A stretch of 64,000 bases of DNA from Heterodontus francisci (GCF_036365525.1 NW_027140453.1:930001-994000), one strand, 5' to 3'. Positions 24,991 through 38,419 are shown, counted from the stretch's first letter. The notes: generated from the letters alone by a model not told the origin. A program made the numbers and translations.

Positions 24991-25897
24991 ATTTTCTCTT
25001 TTTTAATTCATTCATGAGATTTTGGTTGTGGTCAGCATTTATTGTCCATCCCTAATCGTCTAATTGAGAAGGTGGTGCTGAGCTGCCTTCTTGAACCACT
25101 GCAGTCATGTAGGGTCGGTAAACCCACAGTGCTGTTAGGAAGGGAGTTTCAGGATTTTGACCCAGTGACAGTGAAGAATTTTCACAATGACTGGAGTTCA
25201 GTGCGGTGAAGAACTTAACCCTATAACTCCCGTTTAGCAGAAGGGGGTGAAATAAAACTGTCTTGGCCCCGAAACAAGGCAGCAGGCTGACGGGTCTTAT
25301 TGGGTCATCGTATCATGCAGGTCAAATCCAGGCCATTCAGCCCATCGATCCTGGCCTGGCAGCTCGAAAGAGCGACTTCCTCCCATCTTTCTTCATCTTA
25401 CCCTATCAACAGATTCTTCTATTCCTTTCTCACTCATGTATTTATTCAGCTCCCCTTTAACTGCATCGTCTCTATTCGACCTCAACCCATTCCATTTGGT
25501 CTGTAATTCCACATTCTCTCCGCTCCCTGGGTTAAAGAACCTCCTCCTGAATTCCCAATTGGATTTATTAAGGACTACCTTACATTTATGATCCCTTATT
25601 TTCATCTTCCCTGTCCAATTGCTCCCACTCCCTGTTCTTTCTGAATAACCCTGCACTTGATCTTGCAGCTTGTCTGCCTCCTTCCTACCATTACAACAGT
25701 GACTGCACGTCAAAATGTATTTGACTGGTTGAGGCTTGAGTGAAGCAGAGAACTGTCGGGCCGAATGGCGCGGATCTTTGCATTAACTTCCATCTAGTTC
25801 TGTGCCACAAGCGCCAACACGAGTCGAGTAGGAGAATATAACTAATGACTGAAACAGGTTCAGTATCTGACAATGAAACGCCTGCAGAATCAGTGCT

Positions 25898-25928
25898 TGC
25901 AGTTGCACCTGGAGCCACTAGGTGCCAG
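25898..25928 (+). promoter_or_regulatory. Candidate CTCF site with upstream (U) motif
   Basis: TGCAGTTGC-acctggag-CCACTAGGTGCCAG; core is 1 mismatch from CCRSYAGRKGGCRS. Confidence 0.55.
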
Positions 25929-26344
25929 TGTTACTCCACTGTAGCCGCTGCCCAGAACATGCTCAGACAGAGTGAGCTTTACCCACAGCAGCTCCACAGG
26001 TCAACTTGGCTGCTTCTGAAATGTTTCACTTCTCAACTATTTCACAGACACACAAAAAAAAAAACGCAGTTGGACTTCATCATGTTTGGTCTTTAATAGT
26101 GACCAGAGCACCCCGGATTCGCCTGAGGCCTCCTTAGCTCAGCCCATGAAATGACCTGTCAACATGTCAACATGTGGGAGCCAATGAACCATCAGGAATT
26201 TGCACCCCCTCCCTCCCCCCAATGGGAACATGAAACAGTGGGGAGGAGGAGACAGTAAATGTCACTCAGAACATTGAGATTTTCTGCAATAAACCAGCTC
26301 AGTGATTTCACACAATGAACACATGGATCTGTCTCCCTCCAGAG

Positions 26345-27238
26345 ATGACTGTGTCTCACCTCTGCGTTGTGTTGCTGGTGTTAAGGGGTAAGGTGGACCT
26401 CGACTGGGAGATGTCAGTCATCTTCACTGCTCTTTCCCTGTGTGACCCCATTGGGAGTTTACCCCCTTACAAGGCACCGTCACTGTGATTATTAATTTAG
26501 CTGCTCTCTTTCTCTTTTTGTATCCCTTTCTCTATCTCTCTTTCTCTCTGTCTAACAATAAATGTTCCTCTATGTCTGTCCCTCCCAGTCTCCCTGTCTC
26601 TCTGTCTCTCTTACTCTCTCTCCCTGTCCTCTTAGCTCCTTCATGTCTGTTGCCGATGTCTAGAATGTTGCTGTTTTTCTCTCTCTGTCTGTGCTTCCCT
26701 CTCTCTCTCTCTCTCTGTCTCTGCTTCTCTCCTTTTCTCTCACTCTTTTTCACTCTATGTCTCTCTCTCTCTTTGCAGCTCCCCGTCTCCCACCTCTCCC
26801 TTCTTACGAAGAAACACGGGACATTTAGGGCACACAGCAGGTCATTCAGCCCATCGTGCCTCTCCCCTCTTCGTGGCCGATGTCAATTTAAACATTGTCC
26901 CTGGGTTTATCTCTCTCTCTCTCTCTCTCTGTTTTACAGATGTGGGGGCCGTGTTGATGCAACAGATTCCCGCTTCCATATCCTATTCCCCAGGCTCTCC
27001 AGTCAGTATCCAGTGTATTTACACAAAGGCAGATGCTGGCTCCGATATCCACTGGTACCCGTGGCATCCGGACCGTGAGCCCGAGAACCTTTTCTATTCC
27101 ACCTCTGCCGGAACAGTCATTCCCTCCAGAGAGGTTGGCGGTTTCACCGCCAGGAGACCCAGCAACACCCATTTTTCCCTGGAGTCCACCAGCCTGTGGG
27201 TGAATCAATCAGCCGTGTATTACTGTGCCTGGAGTCTG
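26345..27238 (+). CDS. TRBV: TCR (beta) V segment, open frame; leader 26345-26387, V exon 26940-27238
   Basis: MTVSHLCVVLLVLRDVGAVLMQQIPAS..IQC..HWYPW..AVYYCAWSL; GT/AG intact; atypical FR2 (WYPW). Confidence 0.88.
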
Positions 27239-27277
27239 CACAGTGACTCAGAAAGGTGCCAGATTTCAGCAAAAACT
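27239..27277 (+). other. 23-RSS
   Basis: CACAGTG-23nt-GCAAAAACT. Confidence 0.93.
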
Positions 27278-28424
27278 CTAAAGGGGGAGGAAAGCACTTG
27301 TGGGAGATGAACCCGTCTGTCTATCTCAGTGTCTTTCTGTCTCTCTGACTATCTGCAGGTTTCTGTGTCNNNNNNNNNNNNNNNNNNNNNNNNNNNNNNN
27401 NNNNNNNNNNNNNNNNNNNNNNNNNNNNNNNNNNNNNNNNNNNNNNNNNNNNNNNNNNNNNNNNNNNNNNNNNNNNNNNNNNNNNNNNNNNNNNNNNNNN
27501 NNNNNNNNNNNNNNNNNNNNNNNNNNNNNNNNNNNNNNNNNNNNNNNNNNNNNNNNNNNNNNNNNNNNNNNNNNNNNNNNNNNNNNNNNNNNGGTTATTT
27601 GCACTATTTATCTATCTATTTACCTTGATTATATATATATTTGTCATCGATTTATCTCTCCGTCTCTCACCTCTCTAAATATGCATCCACCATACATCTG
27701 ACGTTTATCATCTATCTAACACCATTATTTACACCATACCAGTTTAATTATTGATGCATCATGATTTGTATTTTACTGATAGTTTCACCTTCTTGCTCTC
27801 CTTCGACTCAGAGTACATCAATACATTATGAATTATTAAAAATGCTGCAGCAATGTGCTCAGATCCTTCTCGTTCAGGCAGCCTCTACCTGTAAAGAACA
27901 GATTCCGAGGTGGGGTAAATGGGTTTATGGTCCTGTTGAATGAGCTGTCGGTGGTATGTGACAAGAGTTACACATAGCTCCCTATTGTACATGTCCACGA
28001 TGATTCATACAATGCAAAAGTGAGACACCTCCCCAGAGAGGTCTCTCACTGGAAGACCTGCCTCCTGACGGCGGTTTGAGCATCTGTTCAAAACAGTTAA
28101 CCCACTTCTTCATGACACTGTCGCTTTTCAAAGTATCTAAGATTTCACCCCAATGTAAAACATAACCCTTGAATTGTCGTTTAGCACAGGGAAAAGAGCT
28201 ACCCAATGCAACACCAATCAGACACAAGCAACGAGAGCCAGATACAGACGGGAAGCATTTCCTTATTCAAGCTCCTTCCGACCAGTGGGTGTTATTATTC
28301 TGTCATACCCAGAAGTGAGGGGTCAGAAGGAAACCCTGCTTCCAGTGCTGTCATTTCCACTCTCTGCTTTATCTTCAGCCGCCTGATATTGGTTCATGAA
28401 CAGATTCAGCCCTCAGTCTGCAGG

Positions 28425-29240
28425 ATGCAGTTAGTCAAACTCTTCCTAATCGTCTGTTCTCTTCTTCCATGTAGGTATTCATCGTTCATAAAGATACCTG
28501 TGCTAAAATACATGCTGTGTTTTCATTCACTACTAACTTCTATCAAACTAGATTGATAAAACATCATTGCAGTCGATTTTCTGTCATTTCTTAAACTACT
28601 TACTTTACTTTCACTGTCAATAATATTTACTTAATGAAATTTATGACTGAATAAAAATTACTTATATATTCGTGACGCTACTATACCTATCTTTAACCGA
28701 TAAGTTTTCCCTAATTCTGGATTAATTTGTCTGTCTCATATCACTTGCTACATTATTTTACAATCTCTATATCTATCTGTGTATTATCTATATATCTACA
28801 AATATATCATTTAACGATATATTGTCTGCCTATATAGTTATCTAGTATTATCTACTTATCTATTTGGATAGTTATAGTTGGTTATCATATGTCACAATAT
28901 GTTCTAAACTTTTTAAACTATTCTCCTTATTTCTCAAGGCAAAACTCTAGCAGAGGTGATACACCAGTGGCCAACTCTGGTGGTGGGGAAGAGAGGTGAA
29001 CCAGCAGAATTAAACTGTTACCAGAATGACAGTAGTAAGAGCGTTATGCTGTGGTATCGGCAGTATGCCGGGCAGGGGCTCACCCTAATGGGTCATTTTA
29101 TTAATGGAATCCCAGTCACATACGAAGGAAAATTTGAGGAGGAGGTGAAGATTTTAAGGCCCAAGGAGAGACGATGCAGCCTGAGGGTCCTCAAGGTTAA
29201 GGCTGCGGATGCGGCAGTGTATTACTGTGCAGCCAGTGAG
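28425..29240 (+). CDS. TRBV: TCR (beta) V segment, functional; leader 28425-28470, V exon 28939-29240
   Basis: MQLVKLFLIVCSLLPCKTLAEVIHQWP..LNC..WYRQ..DAAVYYCAASE; phase-1 GT/AG intron. Confidence 0.93.
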
Positions 29241-29279
29241 CACAGCGCTGCAGACTGCCTTAGTGCCAGTGCAAAAACC
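29241..29279 (+). other. 23-RSS
   Basis: CACAGCG-23nt-GCAAAAACC. Confidence 0.92.
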
Positions 29280-29634
29280 AACAGGGTGAACAACACAACT
29301 GACTGACAGACAGGAGCAGTGACAATGGTTCCCTGCCACACCAGCCATTTTCCAAGCTGGTGATTCCCGGATTCCTGAACCTTCATCAAGGGCTGAATGA
29401 CAGGGAATAGCAGAAGGTACGAGGAAGAGAGAGAAGGAAAGAAAGAGATGTGCCTCAGATCCCCTGCAAAATTTCAAAGTCCTCGTCTACACTGTTTAAT
29501 TTCTGGCACTGTGTATGTTAAAACTAAATCACTGTCGCTGTCTCAGACTTGATTAAATAATAGGTTAATTAATGATCTAAATAAGACAGAAAGTTAACAT
29601 CACCATTGTGAAGTGATCGATAGAGTATCAATCA

Positions 29635-30160
29635 TCTACAAGGTACAAGTCAGGAGTGTGATGGAATACTCTCCACTTGCCTGGATGGGTGCAGCTCCAA
29701 CTGCACTCAGGAAGCTCAACACCATCCAGGAAAAAGCAGCCCTCTTGATCAGCAACCCATCTACTACCTTCAACACTCACTCCCTTTATCACATGGCAGA
29801 AGTGTGTACCATCGACAAGATGCACTGCAGCAAAGCATCGAGTGTCCTTAGACAGCACCTTCCAAACCAACCAACTGTACCAACTAGAAGGACAAGGGCA
29901 GCAAATACATGGGGGCACCACCACCTGCAAGTTCCCCTCCAAGTCACACACCATCCTGACTTGGAACTATATCACCGTTTCTTCACTGACACTGGGTCAA
30001 AATCCGGGAACTCCCTTCCCAACAGCACTGTGGGTGTACCTACCCCCCATGGCTCAAGAAGGCAGCTCACCACCACCTTCTCAAGGGTAATCAGTGTTGT
30101 GAAATAATTGCTGGCCTTGTGAAAGAAACTCACGTCCCATGAAGGAATAAGAAAAAAAGT
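29635..30160 (+). mobile_element. CR1/L2-group LINE 3' fragment
   Basis: YKVQVRSVMEYSPLAW peptide; A-rich tail. Confidence 0.75.
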
Positions 30161-30612
30161 TATATCAGGTCTTTCACGACTTCAAGACGCCCCAAGACAG
30201 TTAACAGCCAATTAAGAACTGGAAAATGATAGTCAGATCCTCTGCTACTTCTTCTCTTGCTTTGATTTTTTTTTATTCATTCTGGGGACCTGGGTCCCTC
30301 TGAGAAGGCCAGTAGTTATTCAACATCGCTAATTGCCCTGGAGAAGGTGTGTGCTGCCTTGTAGATAACTGAAGAGTTTGCTAGGTCATTTCAGAGAGCA
30401 GTGTACTTAAAACACGGAAGCCAATTGGTGTACAGCACCATGCAATAGGCAGCAGAGACAGGCAGATAGATAGCTAGNNNNNNNNNNNNNNNNNNNNNNN
30501 NNNNNNNNNNNNNNNNNNNNNNNNNNNNNNNNNNNNNNNNNNNNNNNNNNNNNNNNNNNNNNNNNNNNNNNNNNNNNNNNNNNNNNNNNNNNNNNNNNNN
30601 NNNNNNNNNNNN

Positions 30613-30880
30613 AAAGACAGATGGGTAGACAGATTGATAGATAGACAGACAGATAGGCAGACAGATAGATAGACAAATAGTCAAATAGATTGTTAGATAG
30701 ACAGACAGATATGCAGATAGGTAGATATGAAGACAGACAGACGGATTCATACAGATAGAGAGACAAATTGACACAGATAGACAGACAGACACACAGCCAT
30801 GCAGATATATAGATAGAGAGAAAGATAGACAGATAGCTACAGAGATAGATAGATAGCTGTATAGATAAATAGACAGAGAT
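30613..30880. repeat. GATA/GACA microsatellite next to N-gap 30478-30612
   Basis: Direct reading. Confidence 0.9.
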
Positions 30881-31024
30881 CTTTTTCTCCCTTTCTCCAT
30901 CTATCTCTATCACTGCCTCTCTTTTACTCTAACTGTTTTTCACCATATCATCCTCTCTGACTCTGTCTCGCACTATGTCTCTCTCTCATTCCTTGGCACT
31001 TTCACATACACTCTATCACTCCAA

Positions 31025-32620
31025 TAGAATCGTAGAAAGTTTAAGGCACAGCAAGAGGCCAATTGGCCCATCGTGTCTGTGGCGGCTGAAAAACAATCCA
31101 CCTATTCAAATCACACCTTCCAGCATTTGGTCCATAGCCCTGCAGATTACGGCACTTGAGGTGCATATCCAGACTCCTTTGAATGAGTTGAGAGTGTCTG
31201 CCTCAACTACCCTTTCAGGCAGCGAGTACCTGACCCCCACCACTTCTAAGGTTTTCCTTTTCTCCCCTCCAATTCTTCTAACAATCACATAAAATCTCTT
31301 CCCCCTCGTCACTGATCTCTCTGCCAAGATGAATAGACCTTTCACCTCCACTCTATCCAGGCCCCTTCAATATTTTTTACATTTCTAACAGACCTCCCCT
31401 CAGCTTTCTCTGTTCCAAGGAGAACAACCCCAGCCTATCCAATCTTTCCGCACAGCTGCATTTTCCAGTTCTGGCAACATCCTCGTAAATCCCCTCTGTA
31501 CCCTCTCCAGTGCAATTACATTCTTTCTGCATTGAGGTGACCAGTACTGCACACAGTACTCAAGTTGTGGCCTAACCAATGATGTATACAGTTCCAGCAT
31601 AACCTCCCTGTTCGTGTATTCCATACCTCAGCTAATAAAGGAACGGATTCCATATGCCTTCTTAACCAACTTATCGACCTGTCCTGCTACCTTCAGTAAT
31701 CTGGAGACATTCACTCCAAGTTCCCTCACTTCCTCTACACTTCTCAGTATTTTCCCATTAATCGTATGTTCCTTTGCCTTGTTTGACCTCCCCAAATGCA
31801 TCACCTCACACCTCTCCAAGTTGGATTCCATTTGCCACTCTTCTGCCCATCTGACAAGACCATCAATATCTTCCTGCAGCCTACAGCTATCCACCTCGCG
31901 ATCTACCACACGGCTAATCCTTGTGTTGTCTGCATACATCTTGAAAATGCCCCCCTACATTTACATCCAAATCGTTAATACATACCACAAAAAGCAGGGA
32001 ATCCAGTGCTGAGCCCTGTGGAACGCCACTGGGAACAGCCCTCCAGTCGCTAAAACACCCATCAACAATTACCCTTTGTTTCCTGCCACTAAGCCAATTT
32101 TGTATCCACCTTGCTGCATTTCCCTTGATCCCATGGGATTTTGTTTTTTTTGAACCAGTCTGCCATGTGCAGCCTTTTCAAAAGCCTTGCTAAAATCCAT
32201 GTAGACCACGTCAACTGCACTACCCTCATCTATCTTCCTTGTTACTTCTTCAAAAAATTAGATCAAGTTGATAAAACAAGATCGTCCCTTAACAAATCTA
32301 TGCTGTCTATCCTTGATTAACCCATGCCTTTCTAAGTGACAGTTTTTCCTGTCTCCCAGAATAGATTGCAATAATTTTCTCACTACTGAGGTCAGACTGA
32401 CTGGCCTGTAATTAGTCAGTCTATCCTTCTCTCCCTTTTTAAACGGAGGCACAACATTAACAATTCTCCAATCCTCCGGCACCACACCTGTGAGGACTGC
32501 AAAAAGATGGTCAGACCCTCTGCTATTTCTTCTCTTGCTTCTTTTTGCAGCTTCGGATTCATTTCATCCGGCCCTGGTGATTTATCAACTTTCAAGGATG
32601 CTAATCCAAATAATGTTTCC
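31025..32620 (-). mobile_element. Degenerate CR1 LINE (RT to 3' end)
   Basis: VPEDWRIVNV, YADNT and LVRPQLEYC peptides on minus strand. Confidence 0.88.
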
Positions 32621-32629
32621 TCCCTCAGC

Positions 32630-33025
32630 TTCGCTCCCTTAAACCCAGAGCAACCAGCAGAAAGTGTCTTAATTCCGCCGCAAACATGCCATTCAATTTC
32701 ATCGACGTTTGCTATTTTCCTTCTGTCGCTGAGTATGTTTAAATTCTGTCACAATCACTGTTCTACATTTGATCAACTGATTAATGATCTCAACAAGACT
32801 GTGCGGCGGTGACTTGTGAAATCAGCAATCAATTATTGAATATAAGACAGTGAACTCATTAATCTGTTCCCCCTTTTTTGGCAACAAAAGTGTGAAGAAT
32901 ATACTGTTAACCATATAACATCTACACCCACTTTTGCTCATGTAGATTTCACTCTTCTGCTTTACATCTGTACAGATACTGGCAGGAAATTAGGACAAAG
33001 ACTGAATTTGTATCGTTAATTCTGC
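32630..33025 (+). pseudogene. Orphan frameshifted TCR V leader (ATG 32686) plus intron; duplicate of 33720-34125 lacking a V exon
   Basis: atgccattcaatttcatcgacgtttgctattttccttctgtcgctga|gt aligns to the 33777 leader with +1 nt; intron homology continues to ~33025. Confidence 0.85.
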
Positions 33026-33776
33026 GGGTAATAATCCTCTGCAGGAGAGGATGAAACACTGAGAAGGAGGATGAATTTCGGGAATTGACTTGAAGAAGCC
33101 CACAGCATGGGTTTCACTGGGAAAGTAACAAACACAGCTTGTTGCAGTTGCACCATGCTGCCACTGGTCGGCGCAGTGGCTCCACTATATTTCGCGCCAC
33201 CACAGGCTTTGGCGCCGCTGATCAATGAGTCAATTCCTCTGCTTCCGCAATCTTTTCACTTTAAAGGCTAAATGCAGTTAGATTTCCACTTTACAGTGAT
33301 GTTATATGAGCCGCCGCCACTGCCATCGAACTATCCACCTTCTCTTCCTCCACTACTGATTTTAATTTGCAAAAGGATGTTAATAATCCCCTGTTGTGCG
33401 CCATAAGCTCTGGAGTCACCCAAAGCAGCTATTGTTGCACCGCTCCTTGCTTTTTTCACCTACCCTCTCCAACACCTCGCTACCTTCAAAATTTCCCTCG
33501 ATTCAGCATGAAAGCAAGCTCACAAAGGGAAGAGAGTGAAGATATTGGCAGCAGAGTAGAAAGTGGGGAGGAAGGAGGGAAATGGAGAGAAGAAGCAAGT
33601 GGAAAGGGGCGGAAGGAAGCAAACAAAAGAATGGGGGACAACTTAAAGGTAGGGGCGGGGATCATTGCCTTGAGATAACTTCCTCTGATGACGATCCGCT
33701 CTGCCTACACCTCATCTCTCTCCCTCCCTTAAAACCCAGAGTAACCAGCAGAAAGTCTCTCAGATCCACAGCAAAC

Positions 33777-34510
33777 ATGTCTTTCAGTTTCATCGTCTTT
33801 GCTATTTCCCTTCTGGCGCTGAGTAGGTTAAAATTCTGTCCCAATCAATCTTCTACATTTGTTTAACTGAAAGGGATGATTAATAATCTCTATAAAACTG
33901 AGCGGCGGTGACTTGTGAAATCAGTAATCGATTATTTCATATCAGACAGTGAACTCATTCATCTGTCCCCTAGTTCGGGAAGACAAGTGTTATTAATATG
34001 ATGTTAACTCTTTAATGTTTGCACCCACTTGCAAACTTGTGGATTCCACGATTCTATTTTACAGTTGTAAAGATCCAGGTGCTTGCAGGAAATTAGGACA
34101 CAGACCGAATTTCCGTCGTTAATTTGGTGCAACACCGACGTCCATCGTCTCAATTGTAACTCCATCGATACTAGTTCATTCACTCTAATTTCTCTTTCTA
34201 GGTGTTTGCCGGGGTGATGTGATACATCAATGGCCTCAGTCACTGGCTGTTAAACAACCAGGACCCGTGGAAATTAACTGTCTGCAGAAAGGAACAGTTC
34301 GCAACTACATGTACTGGTATCGTCAGTCCCCCGGCGGAGGATTCCTGTTAATCGGGTTTACCTATACAGCAGGTGAACCTCAGTATGAAGATGGATTTAA
34401 GAGCGGGTTTGTTATTACCAGGACTCTGAACAATAAGAAATCCACTCTGACGATCGAGAGTGTGAACGCCACGGACGAGGCGGTGTATTTCTGTGCAGCT
34501 GGTGATGGGA
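33777..34510 (+). CDS. TRBV: TCR (beta) V segment, functional; leader 33777-33822, V exon 34202-34510
   Basis: MSFSFIVFAISLLALSVCRGDVIHQWP..INC..MYWYRQ..DEAVYFCAAGDG. Confidence 0.93.
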
Positions 34511-34549
34511 CACAGCGGTTCAGAGTCATTGGCCGCCTTGACAAAAACC
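34511..34549 (+). other. 23-RSS
   Basis: CACAGCG-23nt-ACAAAAACC. Confidence 0.94.
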
Positions 34550-34729
34550 CTCACACGTCTCCCTTCAAACGGGTGCATTTAACCCAGCATTCCGTGAAGA
34601 GCAGCCCTGGCTGATCGGATGCGGATCTGCATCTGTTCAGTGCCCGTTCGAGTGGCAGAACGCCCATGTTCTAACTCCCCACAACCTCCAGACAGGCAAC
34701 ACACACTGTCTGTGCCCACACCTGAATAA

Positions 34730-37700
34730 TGGTTCATAGAACGGCTCTTCAACACGTACCTCTGTCAGACCACACCTGGAGCACTGTGCACAATTCTCAG
34801 TTCTATATGCCTGTGTAGACGACATCTGAAGTGCTGGGGACAGTTCTTACATCCAAATACCTTACCTAGTGCGCATTTGGAGCCCTGTGTACAGTTCTGG
34901 TTTCCATCGACCTTGATTGGACCAAATCTGCAGTGCTGTGCAGAGTGCTGGTCTCCATATTACACAGAGAGGTACGAGCAGAAGTACAAAAACGATTTAC
35001 AAGAATGATACCGGAGCACAAAAGGTTATAACTATGAGGAAAGATTGAAAAGTCTGGGATTCTTTTCTCCAGTCAAGAGAAGGCTGAGGGGTGACCTGAT
35101 AGAGGTGCTCAAGATTATGAAAGAATATGACAGGGCAGAGAAGATGTCTGTATTTGTGAGGAAGGTAATGAATACATCATACTCACTAATAACTCCAAGA
35201 AATGAATTTACACAGAGTGGTAAGAATGTGGAATTCGCTAGCACACAGAAAAATGATGTGTATAACCAGATATATATAAATGGATGCTGGATAAAAACAT
35301 TAGGGAGCAGGAAATAGCACGTCATACTGATAGGGCTGGTTGAAGACATTGTTCATGTTCTTTCATCGGATGTGGGAATAAAATGTGAGAATAAGCTAAC
35401 CAGCAATATAAAAACAGATGGTCGGAGCTTTTACATAAAAAGCAAGAGAGTAGCTGAAGCTGACGTTGGTTCCTTCGAGGTAAAGGCAGGTGAAATCATC
35501 ATGAGGAATGGGGAAATAGCAGGGGAATTGAACTAATATTTTGTGCTTGTCTTCACAGTTGAAGACACAAGTTCCATCCCAGAAATAGGCAGTTATCTGG
35601 GGCTTAAAAAGAGTGAGGAAATTAAGGATATTCATATCAATTGAGAAAAACTTTTGGAGAAACCTGAGGGATTAAAATCTGACAAGTCCCCTGGAACAGA
35701 TGGATTATATACCAGAGTTCTAAAAGAGATAGCTGCAGAGAGAGTGTGGGCGCTGGTTATGATTTGCCAGAATTCCTTAGATTCAGGAATGGTCCCATCG
35801 GAATGAAAGTTAACAAATGTTCCACGGCTTTTCAAGAAAAGAGGCAGTGAGAAATCTCAGGATAAGGGATCAGTCATTCCGGACTGAGATGAGGAGAAAT
35901 GACTTCACTCAAAGGTTTGTGAAACTTTGGATTTCTCTACCCCAGAGTGTTGTGGATGCTCCTTCACTGAATACATTTAAGGCTGGAATTTTTGATCCCT
36001 CAGGAAATGAAGGGATATGGGGAGCAGGCAGGAAAGTGGAATTGAAGCCCAAGATCAGCCATGATTGTATTGAATGACGGAGCAGGCTCGATGGTATATA
36101 TTGTCTTCACCCGCTCCAATTTCTTGTGTTCTGTGGGTCTCAAGTCACATGTAGGCCAGACCAGGTAAGGACGGTGGATTTCCTTCCCTAAAAGAAATGA
36201 GTGAGCCAGCTGGGTGTCAGGGCCCCTTAACAGAGACAAGCTTTCAATTGCAGATTTTCTGATGAAATGATTGTATTTATTCATTAATTGAATTTAAATT
36301 CCACCATCTGACCTGGTAAGATTCTAACGCATGTCCCGTAGAGATTCACCCCGGCCTAATTCGATGTCACCAGCGTCAGCAGCCGAAGCAATGGATAAAA
36401 AATGGGAAGACGGAGCAATTACAAAGCATGTCTTCATAATGCCTATTTTATCAATTGCACTGTGCAAATCTCAGGTGCCTGTAGTTACACATTACAGCCA
36501 CGAGATGGGGATGGAGCTCCACCGCAGTCTGAGTCCCACTTGCTTCTGAAAAGACTGAGCGAGCAAAGCAGCAGTGACTTGACCAATCTACCAAATAGTC
36601 AATTCCACTAACTCTGAAACAGATTAAAATCATAACCATTCCACCCAAAATAGACAACTGGATTTCCCCAAGTCTGCTCGTTCATAGTGACTGGTTTGAG
36701 CAAACACTTGTGATATACTAAAACAAATGATCTGAAGGAAGTAAAGAGGGGAAGCAAAGTTAGAAAACAGTGAAAGAAAAATGGAGAAGGAGGAATTTCA
36801 TATAAAGAAACACATTCAGGGATGTGCACATCACTGACAATGTCAGTATTCATTATCTATGCCGAATTGCCCTTAACTGAATGACTTGCTCGCCCATTTC
36901 AGAGGCAGTTAACAGTGAACTACATTGCTATCAGGTGATGCATTTTGGCAGCAGGGAGACAGAGAGGAAATACAGACTTAATGACACAGGCCTGAAGAGT
37001 GTTCAAGGGCAGAGGGACCTGGGGGTTAATGTGCATAGATCTTTGAAGGTGGCAGGACATATTGAGAGAGAGGTTCACGAAGCTTATGGGATCTTGGGAT
37101 TCATGAACAGAGGTATAAAGTACAAAAGCAGGGTGGTTATGCTCAACATATATGAGGTTCTGGTTAGGCCCCAACTTGAGTACTGAGCCCGGTTCTGGTC
37201 ACCACACTTTCGGAAGGATGTAGGGTCCTTGAGAGGGTGCAGAGGAGATTTACCGGGATGGTTCCAGGGATGAGAGATTTTAGCTACATGGTTAGTTTGG
37301 TGAAGCTGGGGTTGTTCTCCTTGGAGCAAAGGAAATTGAGGGGAGATTTCACAGAAGTGTACAAAATGAAGAGAGGTTTAGATAAAGTAGACAAAGAAAA
37401 ACTGTTCCCATTAGCTGATTGTACAAAGACTAGGGGACGAAGAGGATAGGAACAAAACAGAGAATAAAAGCTGAGAAAAACTGAAATCCGATAGGGAGTT
37501 GAGGAGAATTCTTTACCCAAAATACAGAATTCAATGCCAGCAGAAACTGCTAAGACAAAGGCAGGAACAGGAAGGGGCCATTCAGGCCCTCAATTCTGTA
37601 CCACCATTCAATGAGACCATGGCTGATCTGTGATCTAACTCCATGTTCCCACCTTTGCCCCATATCCCTTAATATTTATTTTGGATCACAAAAACCTATC

Positions 37701-37890
37701 CATCTCCGATTTCAAATTAACAATTGATTCAGCATCAATTTCCGTGAGCAGAAGAGAGTTCAAACCTCTCCACCCATTGTGTGTAAAAGTGTTTCCTAAT
37801 TTCACTCCTGAAAAGTCTGGCTCTAATTTTTAGTCTTGGCCTCTTAGTCCTAGATTCCCAAACCAGCGGTAATAGTTTCTCTCTATCTAC
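34730..37890. mobile_element. Cluster of degenerate CR1 fragments and a SINE remnant
   Basis: LGFFSPVKRRLRGDLIE, LVRPQLEY and QRRFTGMVPG peptides on +; minus-strand 3' tail at 37560-37890. Confidence 0.75.
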
Positions 37891-37894
37891 TCCC

Positions 37895-38019
37895 AAAGAC
37901 TAAATAAATACGACTTCAAACTGGAGACCTCCAGCCTGCGGGAGAATCACTCGGCCGTGTATTTCTGTGCCTGGAGTCTTCACAGTGATTCAGAGAGATG
38001 GAGCAGTTCAACAAAAACA
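37895..38019 (+). pseudogene. 5'-truncated V relic (FR3 only) with intact 23-RSS (37981-38019)
   Basis: LNKYDFKLETSSLRENHSAVYFCAWSL followed by CACAGTG-23nt-ACAAAAACA; abuts a CR1 fragment; not in the ORF track. Confidence 0.92.
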
Positions 38020-38419
38020 CCAAAGGCAGCAGGAAACATCTGTTTCAGAGAAAATTGCTCGGTACCTCGACCTACTGTTCCCTTATGCAGAGTGACAGTG
38101 TTTATTACAATAAAAAGAGTTGTGTTATGATTGTAGTGACACACTAGATTTACAGGTACTGCCGAGGGTGCAATGAAGGATTAATAAGGATGTCACGAGA
38201 TTTCAGAATGAAATTATCAGGAATCAATGACAATAATCTGGGTATTGAAACATTAACACTGTGTTTACCTTCTCCACAGGCACAGCAGAGGGGGATCCAG
38301 GACCATGGACCGGACAATGGCTTTCAGAACGATTTAGTGAGAAAACTAAGAGAGCAGGAGATCATGTAGATCCAGCTTGATATACATCAACAGGACAAGG
38401 AAACCCACTACTTTAGAGA

